This document shows positions 61,950-64,000 of a stretch of 64,000 bases of DNA, piece by piece. The stretch is taken from contig CAZNKG010000009.1 of the NCBI GenBank assembly GCA_964573635.1, forward strand, positions 20,656 through 84,655, written 5' to 3'. The DNA comes from an uncultured Desulfatibacillum sp. (lineage in GTDB: Bacteria > Desulfobacterota > Desulfobacteria > Desulfobacterales > SpSt-501). The notes under the pieces were generated by a model, which was not told the origin of the DNA, did not search any database, and saw only the letters and a list, made by a program, of their open reading frames with translations. The position numbers were made by a program, and so were the translations under genes. How positions within the stretch are numbered: position 1 is the first letter of the stretch; each line of letters begins with the position of its first letter.

Positions 61950-62948
61950 TTGCGAATCGAGGAGCGGATGCCGGCGATCTATTTTCCGCAGACATACGTG
62001 ACGCCCGAGGCGGCCGCGGCGCTCGGCCGGTTTTTCCCCCGGCTCATCGGCTACCGGCCGGACGACGGGGAGCTGCCCCCGGAGATGGCGGCGCTGCGTT
62101 CGGGCGGCGCCTGGGAGTTCATCGCCCCCCCTCCGGGAACCGCGGGCAGGCTGGCGGCCGCCGCCGCGGAGTTCCGCCGCTTCGGCGAGCTCCACCGGGA
62201 CGGGGCCGGCGCGCGGGCGCTCGCGGCGCTAGGCGAGGGGGCAGGCTTCGAAGCGGAATCCGAGGAGCGGATCGCCGCGGAGATCCGGCGGCGCATCCGG
62301 CCGCCGGGCGGCCCGGAGGAGGACCCCGCGCTCTTCGCCGCCCGCCTCTTTCTGCACCTCGCCGAGGAGTACGACCGCGGGCGGGGCGCGCTGGCGCGCG
62401 AGCTCGCGCGCCATGCGGAGCTCTCCGCGCTGCTGGAAGAGGCTCTCGGCGCGGAGCCCCTGCCGGATGCGCCGCGCCCCGAACCGCTCCCGGCGGACGG
62501 CCCCCTGCCGGCGGACGGCGGCGAGCTCTGCCGCCGGCGCCTGCGGGCCTGGTCGCGGGTCTTCCTGAGCCGGCCGGCTCCGGGCCCCCTGCTCTGCACC
62601 TGCGACGCGCAGGTGCCCGAGGTGTTGATGGACGCGCTGCCGCAGGCCCGGTTCCTCGCGGCCGACCTCGCTCGGGCGGTTCCCGAGGCCGGAAGCGGCC
62701 GCGACCCCGGCGAACGGCTGATGGCGATCGCCGCCGCGAGCGCCGAGGAGCTCGTCCGCGAGTTCGGCTTCGGGGCGCCGGAGCGGCCGCTTGGCCCCGA
62801 TTCCGGCGGGGCGCGGTTGTGGGTCGTCGCCGGGGTGGCCCCCGCCGATCTCTGCGGGCGGCTCGCCGGGGCCCCGCCGGCGGCGGCCGGCGGGAGGGGC
62901 GCGGCGCACGCGCTGATTGCGCTGGTGGACCCGGCGCAGGGGCGCTGA
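61950..62948 (+). CDS. Hypothetical Ala/Arg/Pro-rich protein
   Basis: This is the most protein-like of several overlapping high-GC ORFs here (mixed hydrophobic/acidic composition). It starts 13 nt after the CysK fusion gene. No motif recognised. Confidence 0.45.
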   Translation: MRIEERMPAIYFPQTYVTPEAAAALGRFFPRLIGYRPDDGELPPEMAALRSGGAWEFIAPPPGTAGRLAAAAAEFRRFGELHRDGAGARALAALGEGAGFEAESEERIAAEIRRRIRPPGGPEEDPALFAARLFLHLAEEYDRGRGALARELARHAELSALLEEALGAEPLPDAPRPEPLPADGPLPADGGELCRRRLRAWSRVFLSRPAPGPLLCTCDAQVPEVLMDALPQARFLAADLARAVPEAGSGRDPGERLMAIAAASAEELVREFGFGAPERPLGPDSGGARLWVVAGVAPADLCGRLAGAPPAAAGGRGAAHALIALVDPAQGR

Positions 62949-63030
62949 CGGTCACAATATTCTGATTTAAAAGATTTAATTGCTTTCATGGCCTTGCCGT
63001 GCCCCCGCTTCAGAAAAAAATGAACAAGGC

Positions 63031-63058
63031 TTGACTCGCCTTTTTTTTATGGTATATG
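63031..63058 (+). promoter_or_regulatory. Candidate sigma70-type promoter upstream of the ferredoxin gene
   Basis: TTGACT (63031-63036) - 16 nt T-rich spacer - TATATG (63053-63058), in an AT-rich spacer. AAAGGAGAA Shine-Dalgarno sequence before ATG 63130. Confidence 0.35.
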
Positions 63059-63129
63059 GACTCAGCCGGAAACGGACGAACTGGCGCCATGCCACGACCG
63101 AATAACTATTCGAAAGGAGAAGCCCTGAG

Positions 63130-63318
63130 ATGGCGTTCAACCCCACGGTAGACGAAGAGAAGTGCGCAGGCTGCGAGGAGTGCGTGGATGTTTGCCCGGT
63201 CGAGGTCTTCGAGATGCAGGACGGGAAATCGGTCCCGGTGAATGCGGAGGAGTGCCTCGGCTGCGAGAGCTGCGTCGAAGTCTGCTCGGAAGGCGCGATC
63301 ACGGTCGAGGAGACCTGA
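63130..63318 (+). CDS. 2x[4Fe-4S] ferredoxin (62 aa)
   Basis: CAGCEECVDVCP and CLGCESCVEVC cluster motifs. Confidence 0.9.
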   Translation: MAFNPTVDEEKCAGCEECVDVCPVEVFEMQDGKSVPVNAEECLGCESCVEVCSEGAITVEET

Positions 63319-63340
63319 TCGGAGGCCTTTTTAGGTTTCT

Positions 63341-63378
63341 CCGGCCGGCCCGCGACACCGGGCCGGCCGGTTTTTTTT
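63341..63378 (+). terminator. Rho-independent terminator after the ferredoxin gene
   Basis: Perfect 12-bp stem CCGGCCGGCCCG / CGGGCCGGCCGG with 6-nt loop (63353-63358), followed by T8 (63371-63378). Confidence 0.8.
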
Positions 63379-63464
63379 CCTGCCTGCCGCGCGGCTCCCC
63401 GTCCGCCTCCCCCGGTTAAGATACGTCTTGCGCGCCACAACACGTTGTGTTACTTATTGAAGAC

Positions 63465-63797
63465 ATGAAACAATATGTTGTTGATCAGCTGCGCTACGGC
63501 GATTTCGAGAAGCTGAAAGGCTATCTCGACCAGCAGTACGGGTCGGCCGCGATGCCGGGGGTCTACTGGGTTCCGGTCGATGCCGGCCGCCTCTCCCCGG
63601 TCCAGGCCGAGCACCGCGACTGCCAGCCGTTTTACGCGGCGATCCAGCTGGAGGAGACCTCGCTGTCGATGGAGCTCTTGGTGCGCACCAAGAACCGCGT
63701 CCGCTGCGGGTGCATCGCCTACGCGACGGAAGGCCAGCGGGCCTGGATGATGGACCTGGTGGACGGGATCCTTTCGCGGCTGGAGATCTCCGTCTGA
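63465..63797 (+). CDS. Hypothetical protein (110 aa)
   Basis: MKQYVVDQLRYGDFEKLKGYLDQQYG... has a balanced, protein-like composition. No motif recognised. Palindrome CACAACacGTTGTG (63436-63449) lies just upstream. Confidence 0.55.
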   Translation: MKQYVVDQLRYGDFEKLKGYLDQQYGSAAMPGVYWVPVDAGRLSPVQAEHRDCQPFYAAIQLEETSLSMELLVRTKNRVRCGCIAYATEGQRAWMMDLVDGILSRLEISV

Positions 63798-63844
63798 CCC
63801 GCCGGCACGGCGGGGGACCTTGTGGCGACCGGGTGAAGCAAGGC

Positions 63845-64000
63845 ATGGCGGCCGCGATCCGAACGGGGGCCCTGGTGCTCTGGGTGGTCGCCGCGACGTT
63901 CGTGCTCGGCGTCGCCGCGATCGGGGTGTCCTGCTTCTCGAAATCCGGCAACGGCGTGCATCGCATCGCCCGGATCTGGGGCCGGTCCATCCTGGCGGTG
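63845..64000 (+). CDS. Start of a membrane-anchored protein, possibly a PlsC-type lysophospholipid acyltransferase (3' end outside window)
   Basis: MAAAIRTGALVLWVVAATFVLGVAAIGVSCF...HRIARIWGRSILAV resembles acyltransferase N-termini. Only 52 codons are visible. Confidence 0.3.
   Translation, partial: MAAAIRTGALVLWVVAATFVLGVAAIGVSCFSKSGNGVHRIARIWGRSILAV

Noticed and set aside
63436-63449. Palindrome CACAACacGTTGTG upstream of the 63465 hypothetical gene as an operator, and the GC hairpin CCCGCCG-gca-CGGCGGG at 63798-63814 as a terminator.
   Set aside because: The palindrome is short (6-bp arms) and isolated, with no second copy in the window. The hairpin lacks a U-tract. There is not enough evidence for either call.

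Overview
High-GC bacterial chromosomal segment from a Gram-negative organism (LptD and KdsB are present). The gene content is reminiscent of Desulfobacterota/deltaproteobacteria, but that is inference only.

Left part (1-38.3 kb): one co-directional (+ strand), heavily overlapping accessory super-locus.
- It starts as a Wzx/Wzy-type exopolysaccharide locus: PCP/Wzz-like protein, kinase-like P-loop protein, Wza-like exporter, degenerate-GGDEF protein, priming sugar transferase, sugar-nucleotide oxidoreductase and acetyltransferase, Wzy_C membrane protein, flippase, 2x GT2, 2x GT4, a GH43-like protein and GH8.
- The locus encloses an Sfp-type PPTase, an acyl-CoA-dehydrogenase / stand-alone A domain / carrier protein cassette, and a four-ORF hybrid PKS-NRPS line: KS-AT*-ACP, KS-AT*-KR-ACP, C-A(Ser code)-PCP and KS-AT-T-TE.
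- It ends with a CE4 deacetylase-like protein, a Tat-signal nitroreductase-fold protein and another GT4.
- This glycan plus polyketide-peptide super-locus is the best candidate for an undescribed system. The two upstream AT domains look decayed, and the TE carries Cys in place of the nucleophilic Ser.

Right part (38.3-64 kb): visibly more GC-rich core genome.
- Recognisable genes: U32-family Fe-S protein, Zn-ribbon/Cache/HAMP receptor without output domain, eno, pyrG, a REC protein with a Cys-rich tail, a 1243-aa GlmS-like amidotransferase/SIS protein, kdsB, metG, a PSP1/RicT-like protein, holB, an IHF/HU protein, a NusG paralog, lptD, surE, tmk, a CysK fused to a CysRS-like domain lacking HIGH/KMSKS, a small ferredoxin and a PlsC-like start.
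- No CRISPR array, transposase, integrase, rRNA or tRNA was recognised.

Many very long ORFs in the six-frame track are high-GC antisense or out-of-frame artefacts and were not called. All homology statements come from by-eye motif recognition; no searches were run.
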